Source: a virus (lineage: Duplodnaviria > Caudoviricetes). From it: a stretch of DNA of 64,000 nt. Location: IMG/VR virus record IMGVR_UViG_3300017720_000003, positions 13,451-77,450 of that record; one strand, 5' to 3'. Under the pieces are notes generated by a model. The model was not told the origin of the DNA and did no database searches. It saw only the letters and a list, made by a program, of their open reading frames with translations. Positions 40,705 through 49,963 of the stretch are shown piece by piece (position 1 is the first letter of the stretch; each line of letters starts with the position of its first letter). The position numbers were made by a program, and so were the translations under genes.

Positions 40705-43083
40705 TTAAGCTAAAGCTGTAACTAATACTCTTAAACTATCAACACTTTGTGCTGCAGAACAATTAATAGTAACATTATCAACATCCGTTCTTACAATATC
40801 TGGATAAACATTTGCTCCTGTAGATTTTAAAAATACCTGAACTAAAACATCTAAAGTTCCTAAACCATGATTAACTGTCCAAGATGATACTGATGTAGCT
40901 GGATAATCATCTGCAAAACTTGTTAAAGCTGGTAATTGTTCAGCTAAATTTTGAACTGTTACTCTTTTATTAGTTGATGCTGATGTATCATATATAAGTA
41001 ATGAATCACCTGATGCTGGTGAAGTATCTTGTGTTCTACCAATAATATCTAAACCTACTACAGCAGCTTGACCTTCACCTGTTGCACCTGATACATCTAT
41101 ACCTAATCTATTATTACTTGTAGATTCTGCTACAGTAGCTGTATAGTTACCTGATGTTTCTGTACCTAATGTTACATCTGTTATTTGTACCCATCCATTT
41201 GCAGTTACACTAAAGTTTGCACTATCAAAACCAGCAACACCTTTATTTGTTCCACCATCTGTAGATCCTGCACCTGCTATATTCTGATCTGCTATTACAA
41301 CAGTATAGTCAGACAATGCAGGAGATGATCCTGCTGTTATATCTGCATCTGCAAATATAAAATCACCTGGCTCTAGTTGTGTACTAAAGAATGCATTACC
41401 TGCAACACTTACTACATAAAAATCACCTTGATTCATTGCAACGTTACTACCACCACTTAATGCTGGTGAGTTAGTACTTGCATTATATGCTCCTTGGAAT
41501 GTACCTACTCCTGCTGTTTCAGATAAAACAAAAGCTTTAGAAGCTGCATCAGTTGCCGCACTAGGTGTTGTAGGAACTGTTACTTGACCTCCAAAACTTG
41601 ATTGACCTGTACCTGTTACCTTCAATACTCCAGACATATTTACTGCCTCTTGACCATTTGTAGTATCTATTTCTAAAATACCTGTTTTACCTGAAGCGTC
41701 AAATGATAATGCAGAAGTGTTGTTATCTATAAGATCTACATCTGTTGCTGCTGGTAACTTAAGAGCACCTCCATTAACAGTTAAATCACCTGTAATTGTT
41801 ACATCATCTGGTAACCCAATAGTAATAGTACCATTATTTCCTGTAGATTCAGTAATTGCTATTTCACTTGTAGTACCTGCAATAGTAAGAGTACTATCAG
41901 TACCTGAACTTGCATCAAGTGTTACTACTGCTGAATTTGCAGCACCAGCTGAAACTGGTAATGTATATGTTACTATACTAGAAGAAGTAATAAATCCTGC
42001 ATCATTATTAAATATACTTAAACCTATTTCAGATGCTTCTTTTTGTTTACCTTGATTCTTTCCTGTCTCAGAAACATCTAATACAAAAAATGCATCACCT
42101 GTTAACATTGTTTGAGTCATATCAACTAACTCACTAGCATCAACATCTAATGTTATGTTTGCTGCTGCTGTTGGGTTTGCAACTGAACTATCTATCAAAT
42201 AACCATCTGTTACTGCAACTGAAGTTACTGTACCACCTGAAGTTGGTAACTGTGAAATATTTACATATTTTGCATTTGAATCTGTTGCATCAGAAATTAA
42301 TACTTTATCTGTAACCTGTAATGTACCTAAACTAGTACCATCTGTTGCTGATAAAACTACGTTATCTGAACCTGAATAATCTACATTTACTGCACCAGTT
42401 GTAATAGCTATACCATCACCTGATCCAACAGTTAAAGTTTGAATGTGTTCTCCTTGAGTTGTATCTACGGATGTACCACTTAAACCATTTCCTGCTGTTA
42501 TATCAACTCTTGTTATATCTCCTGTTGTTCCAGCAGCATTTATTTCTGCAACTGTAACATATTTATTTGTTGATGTATCTACATCATAAATTAATAACCT
42601 ATCTGTAGTTGATGCAGTTGCTCCTAATGCCGTTTGATTAGCAATATCTAATCCAACTATTACATTACCTGTAGTAGGATTAACTTCAATACCTTTTAAA
42701 GCATTATTTGTTGATTTAGCAACAGAAGTTACTGCATCAGTTGTAGTAGTATCAATTGTTATTTGTGAAGCACTATCTCTAGTTAATGTAATGTTTGTAC
42801 CACCAACTAATACAATTGCATCATCTGTTCCATCATTTCCTTTTAAATTTATATTTGTGGTTCCAGAAGGTACATCTAAACTATAAGTAGTATCCCCATC
42901 TGCACCAGTAGTTACATCTACCCATCCTGTGTTATTTCTTAATCTTAACTTGTTGGTAGCAGTATCATAATACAACTGACCAACTCCGTATACGGTAGGT
43001 GCTGTACCAACGGGTTGTACGAGGAAGTTTTGTATCTGACTTCCTTCTAGTGAAATTGAGTTTAAAAATTTTATTGCTGCCAT
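40705..43083 (-). CDS. Fibre protein (792 aa)
   Basis: GQLYYDTATN, GTVTSV, PTTPSAATDAASKAFV and GAYNASTNSP segments, and a C-terminal WTVNHGLGT domain. Confidence 0.8.
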   Translation of the reverse strand: MAAIKFLNSISLEGSQIQNFLVQPVGTAPTVYGVGQLYYDTATNKLRLRNNTGWVDVTTGADGDTTYSLDVPSGTTNINLKGNDGTDDAIVLVGGTNITLTRDSASQITIDTTTTDAVTSVAKSTNNALKGIEVNPTTGNVIVGLDIANQTALGATASTTDRLLIYDVDTSTNKYVTVAEINAAGTTGDITRVDITAGNGLSGTSVDTTQGEHIQTLTVGSGDGIAITTGAVNVDYSGSDNVVLSATDGTSLGTLQVTDKVLISDATDSNAKYVNISQLPTSGGTVTSVAVTDGYLIDSSVANPTAAANITLDVDASELVDMTQTMLTGDAFFVLDVSETGKNQGKQKEASEIGLSIFNNDAGFITSSSIVTYTLPVSAGAANSAVVTLDASSGTDSTLTIAGTTSEIAITESTGNNGTITIGLPDDVTITGDLTVNGGALKLPAATDVDLIDNNTSALSFDASGKTGILEIDTTNGQEAVNMSGVLKVTGTGQSSFGGQVTVPTTPSAATDAASKAFVLSETAGVGTFQGAYNASTNSPALSGGSNVAMNQGDFYVVSVAGNAFFSTQLEPGDFIFADADITAGSSPALSDYTVVIADQNIAGAGSTDGGTNKGVAGFDSANFSVTANGWVQITDVTLGTETSGNYTATVAESTSNNRLGIDVSGATGEGQAAVVGLDIIGRTQDTSPASGDSLLIYDTSASTNKRVTVQNLAEQLPALTSFADDYPATSVSSWTVNHGLGTLDVLVQVFLKSTGANVYPDIVRTDVDNVTINCSAAQSVDSLRVLVTALA

Positions 43084-43104
43084 TGTTTTATATATTTATT
43101 ATTT

Positions 43105-43650
43105 TTAATTTAAATATGCACAACCTGAAAAGGCTGATGCAAATGTTACTGTTAATATGTTTGAGTTAGTATAATCCACGTCTCCTATTACTGTACTGTT
43201 TCCACTATCTACTACCGTTACTGAAGGAAATTTACCCAAATTATGAGTAATAGTCCATACAGATAAAGGTGCATCTTGACAAAAAGTGAATGTACCCGTA
43301 TCAGCTACTATTTCTGCCAAATCAATTATAGTACAAACATTAGTTGGTACACTTGGGCAAGATTGACTTGCTTTTGTGTTTACTGAAGCTAATGGTTCTA
43401 CAAATACTCCTTTTTCTTCTGTTGCAACTACAATTTTATTACTTGCTGCATTTTGCCAATCACATAGTTCTTTTTCAATTATTGCATTAACAAAATCGGT
43501 GTAACAACAAGAAGCAATACCAAACTTAATTGATTTAAAGTTTGCATAAGCTTGATTAGCAAAATTTTGCTCAACCTTAATTTGCTTTAACAATCTAAGC
43601 TCTTTTTCTTGAGCTGCATTTGATGATGCTACAATAGTTGATGTTGCCAT
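43105..43650 (-). CDS. Structural protein with C-terminal WTITHNLG domain (181 aa)
   Basis: WTITHNLGKFPSVTVVD...FSGCAYLN is a common phage fibre/adaptor domain, shared with the 792-aa protein. Confidence 0.65.
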   Translation of the reverse strand: MATSTIVASSNAAQEKELRLLKQIKVEQNFANQAYANFKSIKFGIASCCYTDFVNAIIEKELCDWQNAASNKIVVATEEKGVFVEPLASVNTKASQSCPSVPTNVCTIIDLAEIVADTGTFTFCQDAPLSVWTITHNLGKFPSVTVVDSGNSTVIGDVDYTNSNILTVTFASAFSGCAYLN

Positions 43651-43657
43651 ATTTTAT

Positions 43658-43837
43658 TTACTTATTCCTTAAATCTTGTATCTGTTGTTTTGCTAGCTCT
43701 AAATTTAAGTCTCTTGATGTTGATACATTTGCTTCAGCTTTTGCTTTACATTGTTTACATACTATTACTCCATTTCCTAAACTAGCTTTTTGACATCCAC
43801 AAGTAAATACTTTATTACAGTGAGCACAATTTGCCAT
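43658..43837 (-). CDS. Small Cys-rich (probable Zn-binding) protein, 59 aa
   Basis: Start re-assigned to ATG 43837 (MANCAHC...TCGC...VCKQC), which avoids overlap with the upstream gene and has an A-rich leader. Confidence 0.65.
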   Translation of the reverse strand: MANCAHCNKVFTCGCQKASLGNGVIVCKQCKAKAEANVSTSRDLNLELAKQQIQDLRNK

Positions 43838-43848
43838 TTTGTGTTGGT

Positions 43849-44424
43849 TTAAATTAAATATTTTGAACTTGATCCGCAGTTTCCTGTTGGACATGAGATC
43901 TTATTCAACCTTTGTTTTGCATAACTATATAATTGCATACCATGAGCTGATGATTGACAATATTCTACATTAGCTACTGCTGCATCAATCATAGTTTTTA
44001 TGTAATACATTTCAGAAAGCAATGCTTCTTTATCTGAATCAGGCTGGCAAGCTTGTACATTTAAATCACATAATACTTCATAATAAGTAGTAAGTAATTC
44101 AGTTACTCTTAAGTGGTTATATTCTACATATACTTTAGAGTTTGGAGATACACTGTATTTAACAATGTATATTCCATCAGGAATTTTATCTTGCGTGGTT
44201 CCACAATCTTTTGTTTGCAGTGCCATTGTACATGCAGTTAAACACATATCAAAGTTTTTATCTACTTTAACAAGTACAGGTACAGAATATCCCGGCAACG
44301 TTATTAACAGTTCTTCACAATCCACAGCTAACTCTGATGAATATTGACTTGTATCTTTAATACATAATAAATCACAGTTAGATACTGTAGGAATTTCTAA
44401 ACTTAATATATGTCTGCTTGCCAT
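43849..44424 (-). CDS. Cys-rich structural protein, possible tail hub/fibre adaptor (191 aa)
   Basis: IPDGIYIVKYSV motif, Cys-rich, position typical of crAss-like tail hub genes. Confidence 0.5.
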   Translation of the reverse strand: MASRHILSLEIPTVSNCDLLCIKDTSQYSSELAVDCEELLITLPGYSVPVLVKVDKNFDMCLTACTMALQTKDCGTTQDKIPDGIYIVKYSVSPNSKVYVEYNHLRVTELLTTYYEVLCDLNVQACQPDSDKEALLSEMYYIKTMIDAAVANVEYCQSSAHGMQLYSYAKQRLNKISCPTGNCGSSSKYLI

Positions 44425-44452
44425 TTTTTATTTGCTTTAATACACTATATAG

Positions 44453-44463
44453 ATAATATACAA
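44453..44463 (-). promoter_or_regulatory. Putative late promoter motif
   Basis: Minus strand TTGTATATTAT directly downstream of a terminator. Confidence 0.55.
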
Positions 44464-44485
44464 AAAAAACAAGAATATATAAAAT

Positions 44486-44516
44486 AAAAAGAGCAGGAGT
44501 TTATCACCCCTGCTCT
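44486..44516 (-). terminator. Rho-independent terminator
   Basis: Minus strand AGAGCAGG...CCTGCTCT followed by a T-tract, just after the 493-aa gene. Confidence 0.8.
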
Positions 44517-44541
44517 AATTAAATTTAAGATATTAAATATC

Positions 44542-46023
44542 CTACCAGTAAGCGTTTGTTTCAACAGAAATCTTATTTCCATTATCACCTGCCCAGTTAG
44601 CAATATTAGTAAGTAATTTTTCTACTGCAGTTTGTGCGGCTGCATCAGAACATTTTACATAAATCTTATATTGGTATTGGTCATTATCAAACACCCCTGT
44701 TGGGTTGTTAAATCTAGGTACTGAGTGCTGAACATAATATGCTCTATATGTAGCAGTTCTATCTACAGCAGCTAAAAGCTCATCAGATAATTCAATTTGT
44801 CTGATTCTAGCACTATCAGCGTTTCCTTGATTATAAGGAGACTGACGGTATCTTTCTGACATAATTAATTCTCTAATTACTTCTTCACCTTGAGTTTGTT
44901 GCATTGATCCAGGAGTTTTTGAAGCTACGCCACAATCATTACATGGATTACCTGTTTCATCTAATTGTGAAACAATAATTTCAACAGGTTCTTTGTTATA
45001 ATGATCTCTTGTATCAAATGAACAGTTACCAAACACAGTGTCTACATATGCACCAACAAACTTCACTTCAGCAGATACTTTCGCACCAGCTGCATTAGGA
45101 GTTGTAGAAGGAACATATGTTCCATCTTGTGTTTGTTCAATAGTATAAATAGATTGAACTACTTCACCAGCTGCATCAGTTACTGAAACAACAACACCAC
45201 CAGCGCTAACTGAATCAACAATAAATGTTGCATCACCACCACCACCGGAAATTGTTATTACATCGGCTGCAACATATCCACTACCTACATTTGCAATAGA
45301 AAAAGTAGCAATACCGCCTGCACCAGTGACTGTATCAATGTTCACCTTTAATCCTGATGAACCTGAAGAACCACCTGTTGTTGCAACGTCAGATGCAACA
45401 GCATATCCAGAACCAGCAGCAGATAATGTTGCTGCAGAAACACCATTCAATGCAGCTTCTGCTACAAATGGTTTAATTAATGGATCACCAAGAGCCATTT
45501 TTGCCATAGCACCAAGAACTAGTGCAGGATCAATATACTCTTGTCCATCAATACAACATACATTAGCTGAGTCAGCAATTGCATATGCATTGTGATTTAA
45601 GAACCTTAGTGCAGGAGATCCCTTCACATCAATTCTCATAAATTGAGTTTTACCACATGGTGCACAATCAGAAGCTAATGATAAGCTAGCTGTTGCTTGA
45701 GATGCAGTAAGACAGTTTGTACTCCAAAGTTTAGTAATATATCTTGGATTTAATCCTTTAGATTTTACTGATTCTTTGTACCCCCCATGTCCTGGGTTGT
45801 TTCCAATTGTATCTTTACTATAAAATGAACCTTGCACAATGTAACCCAAGTTATCAACAATCGTTGGTACACCAGCTCCTGCTTGAAGTGCAACTGATTC
45901 CCAGTCACTACCATCAACCAAAGCTAATTGACCTGCTGTCAATGCACTTGTTGCTGTATTGGCGTTCTCTTCTACTGAAGATACAACAAACGTTTTGTTA
46001 AACGCATGATTAAAATAAGCCAT
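44542..46023 (-). CDS. Putative auxiliary capsid/structural protein (493 aa)
   Basis: Position in the conserved crAss post-MCP block, with its own promoter-like motif and terminator. Internal GSGY-repeat insert. Confidence 0.6.
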   Translation of the reverse strand: MAYFNHAFNKTFVVSSVEENANTATSALTAGQLALVDGSDWESVALQAGAGVPTIVDNLGYIVQGSFYSKDTIGNNPGHGGYKESVKSKGLNPRYITKLWSTNCLTASQATASLSLASDCAPCGKTQFMRIDVKGSPALRFLNHNAYAIADSANVCCIDGQEYIDPALVLGAMAKMALGDPLIKPFVAEAALNGVSAATLSAAGSGYAVASDVATTGGSSGSSGLKVNIDTVTGAGGIATFSIANVGSGYVAADVITISGGGGDATFIVDSVSAGGVVVSVTDAAGEVVQSIYTIEQTQDGTYVPSTTPNAAGAKVSAEVKFVGAYVDTVFGNCSFDTRDHYNKEPVEIIVSQLDETGNPCNDCGVASKTPGSMQQTQGEEVIRELIMSERYRQSPYNQGNADSARIRQIELSDELLAAVDRTATYRAYYVQHSVPRFNNPTGVFDNDQYQYKIYVKCSDAAAQTAVEKLLTNIANWAGDNGNKISVETNAYW

Positions 46024-46115
46024 AATTTATTTAATTTGTGAGAGGACCATTACCCTCTCTGGTTATATAAAAAGATTTAAAACAGTTTACTCTGGCGTAA
46101 CAACATGCTACTATA

Positions 46116-46126
46116 ATAATATACGT
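46116..46126 (-). promoter_or_regulatory. Putative late promoter motif
   Basis: Minus strand ACGTATATTAT, identical to 51310-51320. Confidence 0.55.
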
Positions 46127-46150
46127 ATCTTTTTAATAAAAACAAATATA

Positions 46151-46855
46151 TTAATTGTTTCTTTCTGCGGCTTGTGTACCTCTTTGTTGTTGATATATAT
46201 TCTCTATATCACCAGCAATTAATGCAGCGGTATCATCAAGCATTACTTCCACTAAATCATCTTTAAATTCACAGTTTACATTTTGTGTACTTACTAACCC
46301 AGTATATGGATTTACACAATCTAATACTTGTATGTTAGTTGGTTTTCTATAATATGTTAATACTGGATCAACAATATCAAAATTAGTATTTCTATAAATT
46401 CTTATTGAATTATTTAACATTGTACAAAATGTTTCACCCCATTCAAAATCAGGATTTTTTAATGGATCTCTTAATAATAATGGAACATTAGCTTCCTCAG
46501 CTAAATAAACAGTCATTGATCTAGGATTACAACAATCATCTTTTGCTTGTGCAGTTACCTTTTTAAATTCTAAATATTGATTAACTGGAAAATTATTTGT
46601 TTCAAAATATGTATCCGAAGTAGATCCCGTTAGTGATAATTCAATAAGTAAAGGTTGGAGATCATCTATTCTTTTTTTGGATAGCTCATCTCCTTCCTTA
46701 TACATATTACCACCATGTAGATTACGTCTACACCACTCTATTTGTGCTTTATTAAAAGCCTCAATAAATTGCCAACATTCAATGTTATCATAATCATTGC
46801 TATCAAGCTTATTCAGTCTTTGTTTAAGTTTAATTAAGAGTGTACTATTTTCCAT
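46151..46855 (-). CDS. Head-tail ring/adaptor protein (234 aa)
   Basis: RLNKLDSNDY...FNKAQ...LTYYRKP motifs typical of crAss ring proteins. Confidence 0.7.
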   Translation of the reverse strand: MENSTLLIKLKQRLNKLDSNDYDNIECWQFIEAFNKAQIEWCRRNLHGGNMYKEGDELSKKRIDDLQPLLIELSLTGSTSDTYFETNNFPVNQYLEFKKVTAQAKDDCCNPRSMTVYLAEEANVPLLLRDPLKNPDFEWGETFCTMLNNSIRIYRNTNFDIVDPVLTYYRKPTNIQVLDCVNPYTGLVSTQNVNCEFKDDLVEVMLDDTAALIAGDIENIYQQQRGTQAAERNN

Positions 46856-46864
46856 TTTAATATA

Positions 46865-47884
46865 TTATGCATTCCAATACGGTTCAACTTTATCTAATAA
46901 AGATAAAAGCACTTCTTCATTTAAAGGATCTTTAAGAAACTCTAAACATTCATTAGGTCTTTTACCTAATCTAATACCACTATCCATTGGTTCAATCCAT
47001 CCACCAGCTTTAGTTAACAAAAATCTATAGTATAATGAATCTTTAATTAATGCTCTAATTTTTAATTCTTCCATATCTAATTGTGCAACTTCTAAAAAGT
47101 TTGATGCAGCACGTTTTTTATTGCTTTCTGCACCTTCACCTGTAATATATATATCCATGTTTTCATACATAATATCATTAGGTGTATTTTTAGTGTATTG
47201 TACACTATCTATGTCTACTACTTTAGAAACATACATTAATTTTGTAGTATCAGTATCATACAATTTTTGCAATAATGAAATTGATTTGTTTTTTAATTTA
47301 GTAAGTTGTGTTCTAGTAGTTAATGTTTCTTTAACAGTATCTAAATAAAACTTAGGTTCATTCTGTGATTTTTTTGCATCTGATAGTGATTTAGCAACAA
47401 TAGAAAACCCACCTGCTTTAATAGCATATAGTTTAATTTTATCATACGGATCAACATCTGGCTCTAAAAACACTGGATCATTACCACATCTTAATTCTAT
47501 TTTATCCCAAAATTTAGAATTATCAGGTTTCATGACAGTTAGTTTATTCCAAAAATCTTTATCTTTTGGATCAACTTGATTTGCTGCTAATTCAGCTTCT
47601 AATTCAGAAACAACTTTTCTGATTTCTGCAATTTTTGCCTTCTTTTTATCTGGAGGTAACATTTTTACTTTAGGATCAAATTCATTTAATCCTGTTATAT
47701 ATCTTTTTACTCCATTCATTTCTAAACATGCTAAACTTTCTTGATGCCATACTCCATCATGTAAAGCTAAGCCATATTGTTCTAACCCCATATTTTCTTT
47801 ACTGGAGTTAAAATAAGGACGAATAGCAATTGAGCTATTCTTTTTTGTGTGTTGATACTTCTCAACAATTGTGTAATCTTCCAT
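46865..47884 (-). CDS. Conserved crAss-like protein downstream of MCP (339 aa)
   Basis: Position in the capsid module, intact ORF. Function unknown. Confidence 0.55.
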   Translation of the reverse strand: MEDYTIVEKYQHTKKNSSIAIRPYFNSSKENMGLEQYGLALHDGVWHQESLACLEMNGVKRYITGLNEFDPKVKMLPPDKKKAKIAEIRKVVSELEAELAANQVDPKDKDFWNKLTVMKPDNSKFWDKIELRCGNDPVFLEPDVDPYDKIKLYAIKAGGFSIVAKSLSDAKKSQNEPKFYLDTVKETLTTRTQLTKLKNKSISLLQKLYDTDTTKLMYVSKVVDIDSVQYTKNTPNDIMYENMDIYITGEGAESNKKRAASNFLEVAQLDMEELKIRALIKDSLYYRFLLTKAGGWIEPMDSGIRLGKRPNECLEFLKDPLNEEVLLSLLDKVEPYWNA

Positions 47885-47999
47885 TTGTTTGGTTTTAAAA
47901 TTTAATAATATTTATTCATAGTCAAAAATACGTAATTACGTACATTTATTATTAATATTTCTAAAGCAAGGTATTACCCTTGCTATAGTCTTTTGACTC

Positions 48000-48197
48000 T
48001 TAACTTATAACTATTTTCAAATCTCCTGCATTGTGATATAAATCACCTTTAACTAATCCAGATGCTTTTGCAGCTGCATCATTTGCATGATTTCTACTTA
48101 CAACATCTAAACCAACTGCTTTTGATGCTATAATTTTTGAAACACTTGAATTTGAAAACTCATATGTTTTGTTTTGTTTTTTAATATCTAGTGCCAT
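48000..48197 (-). CDS. Small protein (65 aa), possible head decoration/fibre-tip motif
   Basis: HANDAAAKASGLVKGDLYH motif resembles short phage fibre-terminal motifs. Confidence 0.5.
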   Translation of the reverse strand: MALDIKKQNKTYEFSNSSVSKIIASKAVGLDVVSRNHANDAAAKASGLVKGDLYHNAGDLKIVIS

Positions 48198-48222
48198 TTT
48201 TTTAGTATTTAAAGATTAAAAT

Positions 48223-48254
48223 AAAAAAGGGAGGAGGTTTAACCCCTCCCCTTT
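48223..48254 (-). terminator. Rho-independent terminator after MCP
   Basis: Minus strand GGGGAGGGG-TTAAA-CCTCCTCCC followed by TTTTTT. Confidence 0.85.
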
Positions 48255-48265
48255 AATTATTAGTT

Positions 48266-49885
48266 CTAGAATGATCCTCCTGTAATAGGGTTTCTCATTA
48301 CAATTTTAAGAACTTTGGTTGGATCTTTAACCCAAATAGCTGGCATGGTTTGAGTCATATAAACTCTATATCCATTGAATTGTCCAGTAGAAGCAAAACC
48401 TTGAGTTCTTCCCATGTAGTCCATAGTACCATTTTGGTAGAACCACTTAAGTTGATTATCCCAAGAAAGTTTCAACAAGTGAATGTTGTCATTTCCTTCA
48501 TCAGTTACATCAAAGATAATAAAGCTAAATGAACTTAGAGGTCTACCATCAATTAATGGATTCTCAATGTCATTTGTATTTAAGTTATCAAATGCTGGAT
48601 TCAATACAAACTTAACGTTAGCTAAGAAAGGAATAGTAAAGCTTGTGTAAGCAAAACCATAATCTAAATCCATACCTGAACCTGTTACAGCTCCAATATC
48701 AGATGCGTTTTGAACTAAACCAGAACCATACACTTCATCAGCAATTGCTTTATTGATTAACTGCATACCACCAATACCTGTTTGTACAACAAGTGATCTT
48801 TGTGGGTCTGGCCCTTTGAATTCAACTTTACCTTGATAGAAGTTATAAAGTTCAGACTTAAACATGTCAAGAGTAAATGAAGACTTGTTATATACTCTTT
48901 TGAAAGAGTTGTCTAACTGTGCCCATAAACCTACAGATAATCTAATATCATCTGGTCCATCTTGTTTAATTCTACCACCTTTACCCCACATTAGGTAAGT
49001 TTCAATATCCGTTGCAATTTTAGATAAGTGAGCTGCTTCCATATTTGTAATGAAAGTTCTTGTAAGAGTTCCATTTTCAAATGCTTCTCTTTCTCCTGCT
49101 TTACCCATGTTTGCTACTAAGCCTTCTATACTTGGTACAGATGGATTATTAGGATCAGTGTCAAAGTTTCTCCAAATTTCAGTTACTGGTACAGTACCAT
49201 CAGCATTTAAGCCACCTTTGATCATAAGATCAGCACGGCTAGAAATAGAATAATGTACGTGTGCTTCTGCTCCTCCTACAAAGTTGTAGAATTCACGGAA
49301 CCCAGATCCTGTTTCAATATCAGAAAATCTTTCACCGTATTCACCTCTTGCAGAACCTTTTCTAAAGAACTTAGTTCCTTTAGCAAGATACTTATTGTCT
49401 AAAGATGCAGCATTGTTGTTGTTAACCAACTGTACTGTATAGACATAACCATCACCTGCAGGAATAATATCATCTGCTGTAATGTATAATTCAAGACCAT
49501 TATATTTGTCATATGTGATAATATCACCATGACCAAATGTTCTTTTGTTGACCTTAATCTTAAATAGAGTACCATCTACACCTTTGCTAGCATTAGCTGG
49601 TTCAATGTCTGCCACTATATAAGGAAGATCTTGTGCAATAGGAGTTTGCCACTTGTACTCACCTCTAGCATTATCCACCATGATAGTATTCTTTCCACCA
49701 AAAGAAGCCATTTGATATAAAGGCATTTCTACCTTCTGGGTCATTGCCCATAAATCAATTGGTCCCATATCCATAGGCTCAGGGTTACCAAGCATTTGGG
49801 TAAGGTGATAAGAATCAACATGTGAACTAGCTTTGTAGCTTGTATCACGTAGGAAAATCCCATTATTTAAAACTGGAGTTGCCAT
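48266..49885 (-). CDS. Major capsid protein (539 aa)
   Basis: Follows portal and scaffold-like genes. Has EYKW, YLMWGKGG and GLWAQL motifs of crAss-type HK97-fold MCP, and a strong terminator downstream. Confidence 0.88.
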   Translation of the reverse strand: MATPVLNNGIFLRDTSYKASSHVDSYHLTQMLGNPEPMDMGPIDLWAMTQKVEMPLYQMASFGGKNTIMVDNARGEYKWQTPIAQDLPYIVADIEPANASKGVDGTLFKIKVNKRTFGHGDIITYDKYNGLELYITADDIIPAGDGYVYTVQLVNNNNAASLDNKYLAKGTKFFRKGSARGEYGERFSDIETGSGFREFYNFVGGAEAHVHYSISSRADLMIKGGLNADGTVPVTEIWRNFDTDPNNPSVPSIEGLVANMGKAGEREAFENGTLTRTFITNMEAAHLSKIATDIETYLMWGKGGRIKQDGPDDIRLSVGLWAQLDNSFKRVYNKSSFTLDMFKSELYNFYQGKVEFKGPDPQRSLVVQTGIGGMQLINKAIADEVYGSGLVQNASDIGAVTGSGMDLDYGFAYTSFTIPFLANVKFVLNPAFDNLNTNDIENPLIDGRPLSSFSFIIFDVTDEGNDNIHLLKLSWDNQLKWFYQNGTMDYMGRTQGFASTGQFNGYRVYMTQTMPAIWVKDPTKVLKIVMRNPITGGSF

Positions 49886-49963
49886 AATTTTTGATTGTTT
49901 TAGTTAATAATTGTTTTACTCTGTTTATATTTAATTTACTTAATTAAATTTCTTTAAATATTT

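Noticed and set aside
43838..43894. Upstream start for the 78-aa ORF (likewise 61018-61053 for the 108-aa basic ORF)
   Set aside because: The extensions overlap the preceding genes. Downstream ATGs with A-rich leaders (43837, 61017) fit better.
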